Source: the human T2T-CHM13v2.0 reference genome, Homo sapiens. From it: DNA of 64,000 nt. The DNA is taken from assembly GCA_009914755.4 (NCBI GenBank), contig CP086569.2:62304001-62368000 (forward strand), written 5' to 3'. The notes under the pieces are model-generated. The model was not told where the DNA came from, did no database searches, and was given only the letters and a program-made list of their open reading frames with translations. Both the position numbers and the translations under genes were made by a program. This document shows positions 42,235 to 62,020 of this stretch, piece after piece. Positions within the stretch are counted from its first letter, which is position 1; each line of letters starts with the position of its first letter.

Positions 42235-45190
42235 TTTATGGTAGAATAACATACGTGCAGCAAATTGTATCAAGTGTACAACTTTTAAGTGTATAGCTCA
42301 ATTATTTTTTTATATATATCTATACCCATGTAACCACCACCCAGATCTAGATAGAAAACATTACCAACACCCCAGAAGGCTGCCTCATACCCCTTCCAGT
42401 TAATAATCCCCAATAGATGTAATTATGTTTCTGACTTATATCACCACAGATAGTGTTTTGCCTGTTCTTAAAATTTATTTGTGTCTGGCCTCTTTCACTC
42501 ACTGTTATGCCTGTGAAATTCATCCACGTTTTTTATTATAGTAATCACTTATTCTTTTTTATTGTTTTATATTATTCCATTATACAAATCTACCACAATT
42601 TGTTTATCCGTTCTTCTCTGTGGGGCTTTATTTCTGGATTCTCTATTTTGTTCCATTGGTCAGTTTGTCTACCTTTATGCCAGTACCACACTGTGTTGAT
42701 TAGTATAACTTAATAGAATTCTTGAAATTAAGTAGTGTAAGTCTTCCAACTATATTCTTGTTGTCCAATATTGTCTTCACTCTTTTAGGTGCTTTGCATT
42801 TCCATATATGTTTTAGAATAAGCTTGTTTTCCATCTCTTGACCCCACAACAATGTGTATCTTTGTGACTGCATTTAATATATAGGTCACTTTAGGGGACA
42901 TTGGTATCTTGACAGTATAGAGTTTTTCGGTCCATGAACGTGACATATCTCTGCTTTTGCTTAGGATTTAAAAATTTTTCTCAGCAGTATTTTTTAGTTT
43001 TTGGTGTACAGGTCTTGCACATATTTGTTAAATTTACCCTTGAGAATATCATGCTTTTGTATTGTGTAACAAATTTTTAAATTTTGTTTCTAATTCTTTA
43101 TTGCTAGTATATGGAAATAAAGTTGGTTATTGTATATTGACCTTGTTTGTATTCTGCAACCTTAGAAAAATTCATTTACCAGTTCTGGTTACTGTTTTGT
43201 ACATTCCTGCCTTTTATTTTCCTTCCCTTATTCTGGCTAGAACCTTCTACACAATACTGAATACAAGTGATAACAGTGAACATCCTTGCCTATTGACCAT
43301 CTTGTGGGGAAAAATTCAATACTTTTTGAAAAAAATAAATTCAGTGTTAAGTTTGTGGTTAACTGTAGATTTTTTGTAGGTACCCTTTAATAGGTGGAAG
43401 AATTCCCTTTAATTCCTCATTTGAGAGTTGTATTCATGATTTTATCAAATGCTTTTTCTCCATTTATTGAGATCTTTGGTTTTTCTCCTTTATTCAGTTA
43501 GTATGGCAAATTACATTGATTTTTCAGTGTTAAACCAACTTTGCATTCCTGCAAGGTCATGACTTACTACCCTTCTTATATAACACTTTATTGGATTTGC
43601 TATTGTTTTGTTCAGGAATTTGGCATCTATGTTTATAAGAGATAGTGGTCTGTAATTTATTTTTCTCTTTAGGTTTTGGTATCAGGAATATGCTGGCCTC
43701 ATTAAACAAGTTGGGAAATCTTACCTCTCTATCTTCTGAGTTTGGGTACTATTGGTATTATCTGTCTTAGATGTTTGGAAGAATTTACTAGTAAAGCAGA
43801 TTGGGCCTCGAGTTTTCTTCGTTGGAAAATTTAAAATCTGCCATCTTGCTGTTTGTTTCCTATTTATACCATCTAGTCTTTGTTCCCTTTTTGTTCTGCC
43901 TTCCATTGGATTTAGTACATTTGTTATTCCATTATGTCTCCTTTGTCAGTTTATTAGCTATAGCTCCATTTTGTCATTTTCTGATTGCTTTAGGGTTTAC
44001 AGTATGTCTTTGATTTATAATCTCCCTTAAAGTGGCATTTTTCCACTTCATGAATAGATAAGAACCTTATAATAGTATACTTCTAGCTGTTTCTTCTTGG
44101 CCTTTATGCTATTGTTGACATATTTTTATTTACACATGTATTAAAAACTTCATAATACATTGTTGTTGTTTTTGTTTAAAGAGTTGATTATCTTTTAAAG
44201 AGATTTAAATAATAAGGGAAGTCTTTTCTGTTTACCCATGCAGCTACCATTTCAGTGCTCTTAATTCTTTTGTGTAGGCCGAGTTTCTATCTGATGTTAT
44301 TTTCTTTCTGCCTGTATGCTTTAATTTAACATATAATCTTCCATTGTAGTTCAAGTGTGTAGGTCTACTGGAAATGAATTCTTTCAGGTTTGGTATGTCT
44401 GAGAAGTTTTTATTTCACTTCCTTTTTTTTTTTGAAAGACATTTTCACTGAGTATAGAATTCTAGGTCAGTGATTTTTCTTTCTTTTAATACTTGATGAA
44501 CGGTGGTTCATCACTGTCTTTTACATTGTTTCTGACAAGAATTCTGCTGTCATTCTTACATACATAAAGTGTATTTTTTTTTCTTCTGGATGCTTTAAAG
44601 ATTTTCTCTTTATCATTGGTTTTAAGAAATTTGATTATAATATATATGCCTTGGTATATATTTCTTTATGTTTCTTTGGCTTTGAGTTTGTTGTAGTTTT
44701 CATCAAATTATGAAAATGTTTAGCTCTTTCTAGGCTTCCAGTGACATCTGTATTAAGCCACTTGAAGCTGTCCCACAACTCACTGATGCTTTGTTCATTT
44801 TTAAGTCTTTTTTCCACTATGTTTCATTTAGAATAGTTTCTATTGCTATGTCTTCAAGTTTACTTACCTTTTCTTCTGCAGTTCGCAATCTGCTGTTTCT
44901 GTCCTGTGTATGTTTCATCTTTACAGGTTTGTTTTGGATCTTTTTTATATCTTCCATGTGTCTCCTTAACATGTGCATACTTTCCTCTACCTTGAGTATA
45001 TGAAGTATATTTATAATTGAAGTGCTTATTCCACTTACATGTAATGCAAATTTTGATAGAGTTAGGTGTAGGTATCTTGCTCTTTGTTTTTTATTTGCCG
45101 CATCCCTGTCCTCTTCTTTTTTATTTTGATTACTCAAGTACTTTTTAAATTGTATTTTAACCATCTCTATTTGTTTTTTAACACTTCTAT
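42235..45190 (-). mobile_element. Ancient L1M element, antisense (3'UTR at 42235, diverged ORF2, ORF1 coiled-coil region ~44817-45212)
   Basis: Old-L1 3'UTR revcomp (acgtgcagcaaattgtatcaagtgtacaacttttaagtgtatagctcaat…); ORF 44817-45212 (-) resembles L1 ORF1 (…RLRTAEEKVSKLEDIAIETI…). Confidence 0.65.
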
Positions 45191-45595
45191 TGAGAGATAA
45201 CTCACAGACCATACAAATTGCCCATTTAAAGGGTACACTTCAGTGGAATTTAGTATATTACATTATTAAAATTGTGGTAAAATATGTATAGCATAAAATT
45301 TTGCCATTTTAACCTTTTTAAAGTGCACAATTCAGTGATGTTAATTACATCCACAATGTTGTGCATCCATCACTACTAGCTATTTCCAAAACTTTTTTAT
45401 CACCCCTTAACAAAAACTCTGTAACCATTAAGTAATAATAACTCCCCATTCCCCTTACTCTCAGCCCCTGGTAACTCTAATCTACTTTCTGTCTCTGAAT
45501 TTGCCTGTTCTAGATATGTCATATAAGTGGGATCATACAAAATTTGCCCTTTTGTGTCTGGCTTATTTCACTAAGCATAATAGTTTATTGCTTAA
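45190..45595 (-). mobile_element. Separate old L1 3'-end fragment (L1PB/L1MA-like 3'UTR), antisense
   Basis: …cccatttaaagggtacacttcagtggaatttagtatat…ccccttactctcagcccctggtaactctaatctactttctgtctc…. Confidence 0.65.
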
Positions 45596-48500
45596 AAAAA
45601 AATGCTAACAATCACCTGAGCCTTCAGTGAGCCTTAATCTTTTTGCTGGTGGAGGGTCTCACCTTGATGTTGATGGCTACTGACTGATCGATCAGGCTGG
45701 TGGTTGCTGAAGGTTGTGGTGGCTGTGGCAATTTCTTAAAATAAGACAACAGTGAAGTTTACCACATTGATTGACTCTTTCACAAAAGATTTCTCTGTAG
45801 CATGTGTTGCTATTTGATAGCAATTTACTGGCAATAGAACTTCTTTCAAAATTGGAGTCAATCCTCTCAAACCCTGCTACTGCTTTATCAGCTGAGTTGA
45901 TGTAATTTTCTAAATCTTTTGTTGTCATTTCAACAGTGTTCACAGCATCTTCACCAGGAATAGTTGCCATCTCAAGAAACCACTTTCCTTGCCCATGCAT
46001 AAGAAACAACTCCTCATTCATTAAAGTTTTATCAAGAAACTGCAGCAGTTCAGTCATGTCTTCAGGCTCCAGTTCTAATTCTAGTTCTCTTCTATTTCTA
46101 CCACATCTGCAGTTACTCACTCCACTGAAGTCTTGAACCCCTCAAAGTAATTTGTGAGGGTTGTAATCAGTTTCTTCCAAACACCTGTTAATGTTTATAT
46201 TTTGACTTCCTCCCACGAATCATGAATGTTCTTAATGGCATCTAGAATGGTGAATCCTTTCTAGAAGGTCTTCAGTTTACTTTGCCCAGATCCATCAGAG
46301 GAATCATTATCTATGGCAGCTATACTAAATGTTTTTCTTAAATAATAAGACTTGAAAGTTGAAATCACTCCTTGATTCATGGGCAGCAGAATGGATGTTG
46401 TATTAGCAGGTGTGAACCCCAAAAGTCTGAGACAGGTCTCAGTTGATTTAGAAAGTTTATTTTGCCAAAGTTGAGAGCGCACACCCGTGACACAGCCTCA
46501 GGAGGTCCTGACAACATGTGCCCAAGGTGGTCAAAGCCCAGTTTGGTTTTATACATTCTAGGGAGACGTGAGACATCAGTCAACATATGCAAGATGAACA
46601 TTGGTTTGGCCTGGAAAGGCGGAACAACTCGAAGCAAAGGCGGGAAGGCTCGAAGTGGGGAGGGGGCCTCCAGGTCTTAGATAGATAAGAGACAAATGGT
46701 TCTATTCTTTTGAGTTTCTGATGAGCCTCTCCAAAGGAGGCAATCAGATACGCATTTATCTCAGTGAGCAGAGGGGTGACTTTGAATAGAATGGGAGGCA
46801 GGTTGGCCATAAGCAGTTCCCAGCTTGACTTTTCCCTTTAGCTTAGTGATTTGGAGGCCCCAAGATTTATTTTCCTTTCACACAGGCATGAAAACGACAT
46901 TTATCTCCTCGTAAGTCTCCATCAGAGCTCTTGAGTGACTAGGTTCATTGTCAATGAGCAGTAATACTTTGAAAGGAATCTTTTCTTTTTGAGCAGCAGA
47001 TCTCCACAGATCTTCTGTACACCATCCTGTAAACAGATGTGCTATCTTCCAGGTTTGTTGTTCCATTTCAAGAGCACAGGCAGAGTATATTTAGCATAAT
47101 TCTTACGGGCCCTAGATTTTCAGAATGGTAAACTACCATTGGCTTCAGCTTAAAGTCATCAGCTGCATTGGTCCCTAATAAAAGTCAGCTTATCTTTTGA
47201 AGCTTTGAAGCCAGTCATTGGCTTCTCTCTATGAAAGTCCTAGATGGCATCTTCTTCCAAAAGAAGGGTGTTTTGTTTACATTGAAAAATCTGTTGTTTA
47301 GTATAGCCACCTTTATCAATGATCTTAGCTAGGTCTCCTGGATAACTTACTGTGGCTTCTCTCTCAGCACTTGCTGCTTCACCTTGTACTTTTATGTTAT
47401 AGAGATGGCTTCTTTCCTTAAACCTCATGAACCAACTTCTGCTAGCTTTAAACTTTTCTTCTGCACCTTCCTCGCCTCTCTCAGCCTTCATAGAGTTGAA
47501 GAGTTAGGGCCTTGCTCTGTATTAGGCTTTGGCCTAAGGAAATGTTATAGCTGGTTTAATCTTCTATCCAGACCCCTAAAACATTCTCCATATCAGCAGT
47601 AAGTCTGTTTTGCTTTCTTATATGTGTGTTCACTGGAGTAGCACTCCTGATTTCCTTCAAGAACTGTTCTTTGCATTCACAATTTGGTTAACTGTTTGTC
47701 ACAGGACACCTAGCTTTAGGCCCATCTCAGCTTTCGACATGCCTTACTCACTAAGCTTAATTATTTTTATCTTTTGATTTAAAGCAAGGGATGTGTGACT
47801 TTTCCTTTCACTTGAATACATAGATGCCATTGTAAGGTTATTAATTGGCCAAATTTCAATATTGTGTCTCGGCAAATAGGGAGGCCTGAGAGGGAGAGAG
47901 ATAAGAGAATAGCTGGTCAGTGAACAGTTAGAACACACAACATTTATCCGTTAGCTCCGTCATCTTATATAGGCACAGTTTATGGCACCCGAAAACAATC
48001 ACAGTAGTAACATCAGAGGTCACAGATCGTCATAACAGATAGAATGAAAATAATGAAAAGTTTGAAATGTTATAAGAATTACCAAAACACAGACATGAGG
48101 CGACCACATGCTGTTAGAAAAATGGTGCTGCCGCATGTTCTCACTCCTAAGTGGGAGTTGAACAATGAGAACACATGGACACAGTGAGGGGAACATCACA
48201 CACTGGGGCCTGTCGGGGAGTGGGGGCTAGGGGAGGGATAGCATTAGGAGAAATACCTAATGTAGATAACGGGTTGATGGGTACAGCAAACCACCATGTC
48301 ACGTGTATACCTGTGTAAGAAACCTGCACGTTCTGCACATGTATCCTAGAACTTAAAGTATAATAATAATAATAAAAAGAAACAAAAAGTGCAGGCCAAG
48401 CAGGAAAAAAAAAAAAACAAACCAGAAAAATGGTGCTGATAGTCTCATCATGGGGTTTCCACAGACCTTCGATTTGCCAAAAAAAAAAAAAAATCCATGA

Positions 48501-48600
48501 AGTGCGATAATGTGAAGTACAATAAAAGGAGATATGCCTGTAATTCTTTCTGTTGTTCTTTATTGTTTTCTGCAGTTCTGTTTCAGTGTACGATTTTGTT
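45596..48600 (-). mobile_element. Tigger (pogo/TcMar-Tigger) DNA transposon, antisense, with degraded transposase ORF remnants; interrupted by a short L1 at 48129-48423
   Basis: Antisense ORFs 47240-47491 (…[28 protein letters not shown]…), 46878-47066 (…IPFKVLLLIDNEPSHSRALMETYEEINVVFMP), 46261-46482 (…[27 protein letters not shown]…[10 protein letters not shown]) and 45692-46120 all match Tigger1-type transposase. Confidence 0.8.
48129..48423 (+). mobile_element. 5'-truncated young L1PA 3' fragment (~295 bp) with poly(A), flanked by 15-bp TSD agaaaaatggtgctg (48114-48128 / 48424-48438)
   Basis: …gagaacacatggacacagtgaggggaacatcacacactggggcctgtcgggg…aacttaaagtataataataataataaaaag…aaaaaaaaaaaaa + perfect direct repeats. 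Confidence 0.85.
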
Positions 48601-48885
48601 TGCTTCAAACTGAAGAAGTTCTTTTATTGTTTCTTATAATGTTGATCTACTGATGAGAGATTCTCTAAGCTTTTGTCTGAAAATCTGTTTCATCATTTTT
48701 TTAAAGAATACTTTCTTTGCATAGAGTTTTTTAGTTTTTCACAATGGCAGTTTTTTTTTTTTTTTTTAAAGTGAGTGCTTTAAAAATGCCATTCCATTTT
48801 TCTTTGGCTTTCATATGTTCTCAAAGAGATTGTCATTTCTCTTAGTCTTACTTGAAAAATAATGATTCTTACCCCACCTTTGGCT

Positions 48886-49209
48886 TTTGTTGTTGTTGTT
48901 GTTGTTGTTTGTTTTGTTTTTTTAAGACAGAGTCTCTCTCTCTCACCCAGGCTGGAGTGCAGTGGCACGATCACAGCTTACTGTTGCCTCCACCTCCCAG
49001 GCTCAAGTGATCCTCCTGCCTTGCCTCAGCCTCCCAAGTAGGAGGACCACAGGCATGCGCCATCACACTTAGCTAATTTTTTAAATTTTTCTTAGAGACG
49101 GGTCTCCCTATGTTGCTCTGGCTGGTCTCAAATGCCCAGGCTCAAGTGATCCTCCCACCTTGGCTTCCCAAAGTGCTGGAAATACAGGCATGAGCCACCA
49201 CACCTGGCC
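48886..49209 (-). mobile_element. Alu with (TTG)n-derived tail
   Basis: ttgttgttgttgttgttgtttgttttgtttttttaagacagagtctctctctctcacccaggctggagtgcagtgg…cctggcc. Confidence 0.9.
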
Positions 49210-49289
49210 CCCTTTGGCTGGTTTTAAGAGTGTCTTTTTATATTTGGTTTTCAACTTTTTATATATGGTTATTAGCTTTCTGTGGCTGC

Positions 49290-49790
49290 TATCACAAATT
49301 ATCACAAACTTGGTGGCTTAAAACAACAAAAATTTATTTTCTCCCACTACTGGATTTCAGAAGTTCAAAATCAGTTTAACTGGGCTGAAATTAAGGTGTT
49401 AGCAAGGCTACACTCCTTCCAGAGGCTCTAGGAGAGGATCTGTTCCATGCCTCTTCCAGCTTCAGGTGGCTGCCAGTATTTCTTGGCTTGTGGCTATATC
49501 ATTGTAGTCTCTGCCTCCATGTTCACATTACCTTCTCCTTTGCATGTGTGTCAAGCCTCCATCTACTTTCCTCCTATAGAGACATTTGTGATGTCATTTA
49601 GGGCTCACATGGATAATCCAGGATACTCTCTTCATCTCAAGATTCTTGACATAATGACATCTGTAAAGACCCCTTTTCCAGATAATATCACATATGTCAC
49701 ATTCATAGGGATTAGGACACAGGCATGTCTTAGGGCAACATTTAACAATTGTTCTTTATAGGTGAACTTGTTTTAAACAGATGGTTTGTC
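49290..49790 (-). mobile_element. MaLR LTR (MLT1-like), antisense
   Basis: …aaacttggtggcttaaaacaacaaaaatttattttctcccact…ttcagaagttcaaaatcag…ctccttccagaggctctagg… family motif. Confidence 0.5.
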
Positions 49791-51340
49791 AGTGTTCAGA
49801 TGTTGACCTGAGGGTGGTGGAGGAATCTCCATTACAACCTGTTGAATCACACAACTATGTTCGGATTTATTAGTTTCATTCCTCACTGCTTTTTCTCATC
49901 TACATCATCTTTCTCTTTCTTGAATTATTTATTGTGAATTAGTCTTTGTTTGTAGTATATCCTCACACATTTTCTTCATATGAGTTTGTGGATGATAATC
50001 CCTTCAAGAATAAAAGTGTTATTTTGGTCTCATATTTGAACAATTTTTTGACTGGTGTAGAATTCTAGGGTTAAGATCATTTTCTCTCAAAATTCTCTGA
50101 ATATTGCTGCATTTCAGTGCATGAAGAATTTAGGCATCTGAGAAGTTCAACAACTATACAGTTTACACGTTTTTTATTTGGGCCAAGTTTGAGGACTGCA
50201 ACCCAGGAGCATAGATTCAAGTTGCTCTGAATATATGTTCTAATTAGCAGCAGTTACAAGTAGGTTTTTAAAGGAAAAAAGGAGAGGCAGTATCTAATTT
50301 GTTTACCAAGAATTTACATTAAAATAGCATAAGCTATTGATTGCTATACATTGTCCTTTGTATCACAAATTCCAGGAACATGAAGATAATGGTTGAGGCA
50401 GCTAGTCAGCAACAAATTGCCTTTAAACAGTTGCCCCCCCTGGGCATTGTGTGGGGGGTGTGACTGAAGTCCCCATACTCATGTCTTCTGGGCCTGATAA
50501 ATTTTATATACCTCACATAGCTCAGGCTGCTCTGAGCTGTTTTTCTTTTCTCATTTCCCCCTTTTGATCAAAATTTTTCTCTTCTGAAAGCATTGATGAT
50601 CAGCATTTTAGATATAAGTTTATCCCATGTCACTGGGGAGGCTTATTCCCAGATATTCTTGTCCCGTGTTGGATGGAAAGACGTAAAAAAGGTACCATGG
50701 CTTAAAGAACTTAGTGAGGTCTCAAGGCCAAATTGATTGGCAACACAGAGGAGCAGAGCAACAGGATCTCAGTCAAGCCATCCACTCACGCTGGAGCCAT
50801 GGCATGAACAACTATACAGTTTACTCAAGTCCACCCTCACTTAATGGCACCAACTGCAAGTTTGGGGATTCCCCAAACCACCCTCAGATTTGATAGTTCA
50901 TTAGAAGGATTTATAATACTCTGTGAGCACTATTATACTCACAGTTATGGTTTATTACAGGCAAATTATACATAGTAAGACCAGCCAAGGGAAAAAGTAC
51001 ATAGGGTGGAGTTTGGGAAGATACCGAATGTAGAGCTTTTGTTGTCCTCTTCCCATGGAGTCAGGACACGTTGCTCTCTTGGCATCAGTGTGTGACAAAA
51101 TGTGCAGAGCATTGCCTAACAGGAAAGCTTACCCAAGCCTTAGTGTTCAGAGTTTTTATTGGGGTTTCATTATGTAGGCATTATTGACTGACTGCCCTCT
51201 GGCTTGATCTCAGTCTCCAGCTCCACTTGGTGTGATCCAAAGCCTCCTAAATCACATAGTCATTTTTTCTGGAGTGTCTTTTCCCCACCCTAAATCACAT
51301 TGTTACTATCTAGATTACAGTCTATTAGAAAAATAAATCA

Positions 51341-51648
51341 AGGCTGTGCATGGTAGCTCATACCTATAATCCTAATACTTATACTTTGGGAGGCCAAAGC
51401 TGAAAGATCTCTAAAATCCAGAAGTTCAAGACCAGCCTAGGCAACAAAGTGAGACCTTATCTCTACAAAACCAAACAAACAAAAAAAAAATAGGTGTGAT
51501 TGGGTGCACCTGTAGTCCTAGCTACTTGGGGGGCTGAAGATGGAGAATTGCTTGAACCCAGGAATTCAGAGCTGCAGAGAGCTATGATCACACCACTGCA
51601 TTCCAGGCTGGGTTACAGAGGGGTGACCTCCATCTCAAAAAAAAAAAA
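51341..51648 (+). mobile_element. Alu, full length, poly(A) 51636-51648
   Basis: aggctgtgcatggtagctcatacctataatcc…. Confidence 0.9.
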
Positions 51649-57810
<6,162 letters not shown>

Positions 57811-58570
57811 AACAGGAATCAAAGGAAATTTTTTAAAAATCCCATTTATGATAGCATCAAAAAGAGTACAATAGTTAGGAATAAATTTAACCAAGGATGT
57901 AATAATGTGCACACTGAAAATTATAAAACATTGATGAAAGAAATTCAAGAAGACACAAATCAATGGAAAGATACCTTATGTTTATGGATTGGAAGAATCA
58001 ATATTATTAAAATGTTCATACTGCCTGAAGCAATACACAGATTCAACACAATCCCTATTGAAATTCCAATGGCATTTTTCACAGAATAGAAAAAAAAATT
58101 CTAAAATGTGGATGAAACTAGAAGACATTATATTAAGTGAAATATACTAGACACAGATAGATAAATACTGTATGATTTCACTTATATATGGAATCTAAAA
58201 AAAATGTTCAGTTCATAAAAGCAGAGAGTAAAACAGTGGTTGACAGTGGGTGGGAGACCTGGAGAGATGTTGGTCAAAGTGTATGAACTTACAGTTGTAA
58301 GATGAATAAGTTCTGGATACCGGACATACAGCATGGCAACTATAGTTAATAATAATGTATTGAATATTTGAAATATGCTATAAGAATAGATCTTAAGCAT
58401 TCTCACCACATACCCAAAAAAGTAACTATGTGAGGTGATGGATATTTTACTTAGCTTGATTGTGGTAATAATTTCACAATGTGTACATTTATCAGAATAT
58501 CACATTGTATACCTTGAATATATACCATTTTTATTTGCCAATTATACTTCAAGGCAGAAAAAAATAAAAT
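57811..58570 (+). mobile_element. Ancient L1M fragment in sense orientation (ORF2 C-terminal region + 3' end), abutting the L1PA 5' end
   Basis: ORF 57907-58089 (+) …[48 protein letters not shown] = L1 ORF2. Confidence 0.65.
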
Positions 58571-59653
58571 TAGAGTAGAAACAAAAGCTTGGAGGTCTGA
58601 AATGTTACTAAAAGTGTAACATTTTCCTTTTTTCAATATTCTTGCCACATGGTGGGTAGGTCCTTTTAGTCTGAAGATTCAAGTCTGTCTTATTTGGGGG
58701 ATATTTTCTTCAATTAGTCCCTTGATTATTGATCCTTCTCTTTTGGCTGTATTCTCTCCTGTGACTGCTAATAGGTGTGTAAATCAGTACCAGGCACATA
58801 ATAAGCACATGTTAAATATCTGTTGATCGTATAAATTGATCCTGGATTTGCTTGATCAGTTTTCCGTGTATCTTACATCTTCTTTCATGATTTACAACCT
58901 AGACATTTTGCTGTTTTCAGAACAAATTTTTTGAATTGTTACTGCAGAAGCTGCTTTTGCTCATTTATGTTCTGCTTTTAAAAAATTATGCCATTTTATT
59001 AAAATATAGTTTTTGGAATGTTGTCATGTTATCTAATTTTTTATGTCCTCTGATGACTTTGTTTAAAATTAGTTCAATTATGTCTTGTATCTGAGGATAC
59101 TTATTAGAAATTTTTTTATTACTGTTATTCTATCTTGTTTCCCATATTAACTTTGTTCCATTAAGGACTGTTTGTCCCCATTGCTTTTTTTGTCTCCTCA
59201 CTTTAACTGCTGTTTCTTCTCAAAAGTTCTAGTCAATGCATATATTCTATTCAACATATATATTTAGTTCTAGATGTAATCAGTTTTGGTATGTGCCTCC
59301 AGGTGGCATCCTGTGCAGTCTTCATGAAGTGAAACCCAAAGACTGGTGCCCCTGTCAGTTGTTCTACTGCAGAGACTTTGTGGAGTATGTGGTTGGAGAT
59401 GAATCTATGGTTAAGGGAGTGGATTTTTTAAAACCAATATGTTGAAGTATAATATACATAAGTGCATCAACTGTAAGCATACAACTTGTTGTGTTTTCAC
59501 AAAGTAAACATACCATGTAGAACCAACACCCAGATTAAGAACTAGAGCACGAACAGTACCCCAGAAGCTCCCTTCTCCCTTCTTTTAGTCACTACTCTTC
59601 TCCAAAGGTGGCCACTGTCCTGATTTCTCCACATAGATTAATAAAACATAGCA

Positions 59654-59820
59654 GGGGCCGAGAGTGGTGGCACACACCTATAGTCCCAGCTACTCAGGAG
59701 GCTGAGGTGGGAGGATCGTTTGAGCCCAGGAGGTCAAAGCTGCAGTGAGTCGTAATTGTGCCACTGCACTCCAGCTTGGGCGACAGAGCAAGACCCTGTC
59801 TCAAGATAAATAATAAAATA
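59654..59820 (+). mobile_element. Free right Alu monomer (FRAM-like) / half Alu
   Basis: ggggccgagagtggtggcacacacctatagtcccagctactcaggaggctgaggtgggagg…gcgacagagcaagaccctgtctcaa. Confidence 0.8.
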
Positions 59821-59949
59821 TAGCAGGTATTCTGTTTATGTCAAGTTTCTATTGCTCAAAATGATGTTTGTGAGATTCATCTGTGGTAAATTGTATAAAT
59901 GTAGTAGTAGATTGTGAATTGTCATTACTGTATTGTATTCCATGTTATG

Positions 59950-60130
59950 ACTCTCCTGTAATTTATGCATTGCACAGTTGATGGGCATTTGGGTGGTTTC
60001 CAGTTTAAGGTATGAAAAGTAGTGCTGTCCAAAACATTTTTTTATATGTCTTTTGGTGAATTTGTGCATACATCTGTTGGGTACATACCCAGAGTGGAAT
60101 TGCTGGATTATTAGGGAGTTTTGTTGGTTG
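59950..60130 (-). mobile_element. Ancient L1M 3' fragment, antisense
   Basis: …gttgatgggcatttgggtggtttccag…ggtacatacccagagtggaattgctggatt… diverged from old L1 3' ORF2 end. Confidence 0.5.
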
Positions 60131-60692
60131 GTTGTTTGCCATTTTGTTTTAAACTCCTTGTGTCCTGGTGGGAATTGTTCAGTAGATACTGAGAAATTGA
60201 TGATGCAAAAGAAAATGGATAGCAGAAGGAATGAAGTTCTATGGGTTTTGGCCCTCACAAAAGTAAATACATATCTTCCTACAGAAATCAAACAGGTTTT
60301 TATGGCTCAAAGCCCCGGAATTATACGGGGCAGAATAGGCGAATGTGCTTGCAGTCAGCTGGCTTTAAAAGAGCCTTTCTTATTGGAAGTATAGAGAGGA
60401 AAATTCTTTTCCACTAGCGGGAAGAACCACTTCTGGTGCTCAACATCATGTGCATTGCTGCAGTGGAGAAGAAAAAAGAGGGAAGTGTTTTCATTGGGCT
60501 CATACTGCTTATGATAGGCCTGGCAGAGTCTTGCTTTTGGCAACTATTGAGTATGAATGGCCAGTCTCTACTTGTAAAGAGAGGTCATTGGACTTAAATG
60601 GAATTAATGGAAGTAAAATGTTCTCAGGTTGTTACTGCAAATCATTCATGTAGTCAGTGCCAGGGGTTAAACAATTCTCGCCTCTTTTCTAG

Positions 60693-60785
60693 TCTGTCAC
60701 CTTCAAAACTACCAGCAGAAATCTTGCTCGAGCCATGTGTATGAAGAACCTCAAGCTCACTATTATCATCATCATCGTATCAATT
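60693..60785 (+). CDS. VAMP7: VAMP7 exon 7 (SVTFKTTSRNLARAMCMKNLKLTIIIIIVSI); acceptor cctcttttctag|t, donor att|gtaagt
   Basis: 93 nt; end of SNARE motif and start of transmembrane helix. Confidence 0.95.
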
Positions 60786-62020
60786 GTAAGTTTTTGTCCT
60801 TTTAGTGTATGGCTTTATTTTTCAATCTCTAAGAAATTAGGTACTAGAATTATTTCTCAATGATTAACACTCTGAAATGAGCTACATATGTCTTTTAATA
60901 GTGAAACACATGACCAGGCAGTGGCTTTCCTATGAAGTCACTATGAAATATCTCTACTTAAACCCCTCCTTCCTATTGAGAATTATTATATATTCTCAAT
61001 AGGAAGAGATCTATAAAACTGACCTCACAGAAATGTAGTTATTTTAAATAAAGACATTTCTGTTTATATGTAATGGGTTTATTGTTTTTATTTTTAAATT
61101 AATTATGTATTTTTAAAGTTTTAATTTCTAATATGGCAAATGCTGATAATTATAATCCCCCTTAAACAAGAACTCTTTGGAGTCCTCAGTAATTTTTGAG
61201 TGTGTAAAGAGGTCCTAAACCACAACTTTAAAAACTATTGCTAACAGGTGGGGGGTGCTTTACCCTGTTCATGGTCAGATAAAGTTGCCTTTCCTCCCCA
61301 TCCTCCAGTCATGTCCAGAAGCCCAAAGTTACCTCCAAGCAGATAACTCTGACCCTGCTTCTCCTCTACCACAGCTTGAGGGTCCTCTGCCTTAGACAGC
61401 TGGATTTATCTAAAAGAGAAGAGCAGTCATAGATCTGTAGATTTTATACTGGAAGTAATTGTCATGGCCTTGAATGGTTCCTTGCTCAGGTTTCTCTTTC
61501 TAATATCACATTTTAGGCTCCTGAGCTTAGCTTCTTACTTATTATTTGGTCTGGGAGTTTAGGTTGATTTGTGCAGCTGAATTGTTAAATTCAGAATATA
61601 TTTACTGATTACTTATTACATGCAGAGCACAGCTCTAAATGCAATATCAATCTTTGCGAAAAGGTGTTGTCACCTAACGAGATGTACTTCAGCTTGAAAA
61701 ATCCTTATATTACAGCTGTGACAAATAGTCAACTTTACATCAAGTTGGTAAACTTTACATTTGTGGCATGTGTATGTGTGAGTATGTGTGTGTATGTGTG
61801 AATATGATGTCAGAAGTTCAACCTATTCATTAATAAACAGAATTTGCTGTAATCTGCCCCCCAACCCTGGCAATATTTATAGTTCCCTACAAGGCAAAAT
61901 GCTTTGCTCACTTTTGGAGCAAAGGGCATGCAATTCATCAATGCATCCTTTTCCAAGCTTGCAAATAATGAAATCAGTCACTTAAAGATCTCAAAAAGTT
62001 GTAATTTAAAGCAAAATAAA

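Noticed and set aside
45692-47491. Transposase-like ORF fragments suggesting a possibly domesticated pogo/Tigger-derived gene (as in POGK, TIGD or JRK)
   Set aside because: The reading frame is broken into at least 4 pieces with stops and frameshifts. It sits antisense in an intron and includes TIR-proximal non-coding Tigger sequence, consistent with a dead Tigger copy rather than a domesticated gene.
50800-51330. Possible LTR-like element (…ctcacagttatggtttattacaggcaaattatacatagtaagaccagccaagggaaaaagtaca…)
   Set aside because: It resembles ERV LTR architecture, but I cannot match it to a specific family or define its termini. It is left unannotated.
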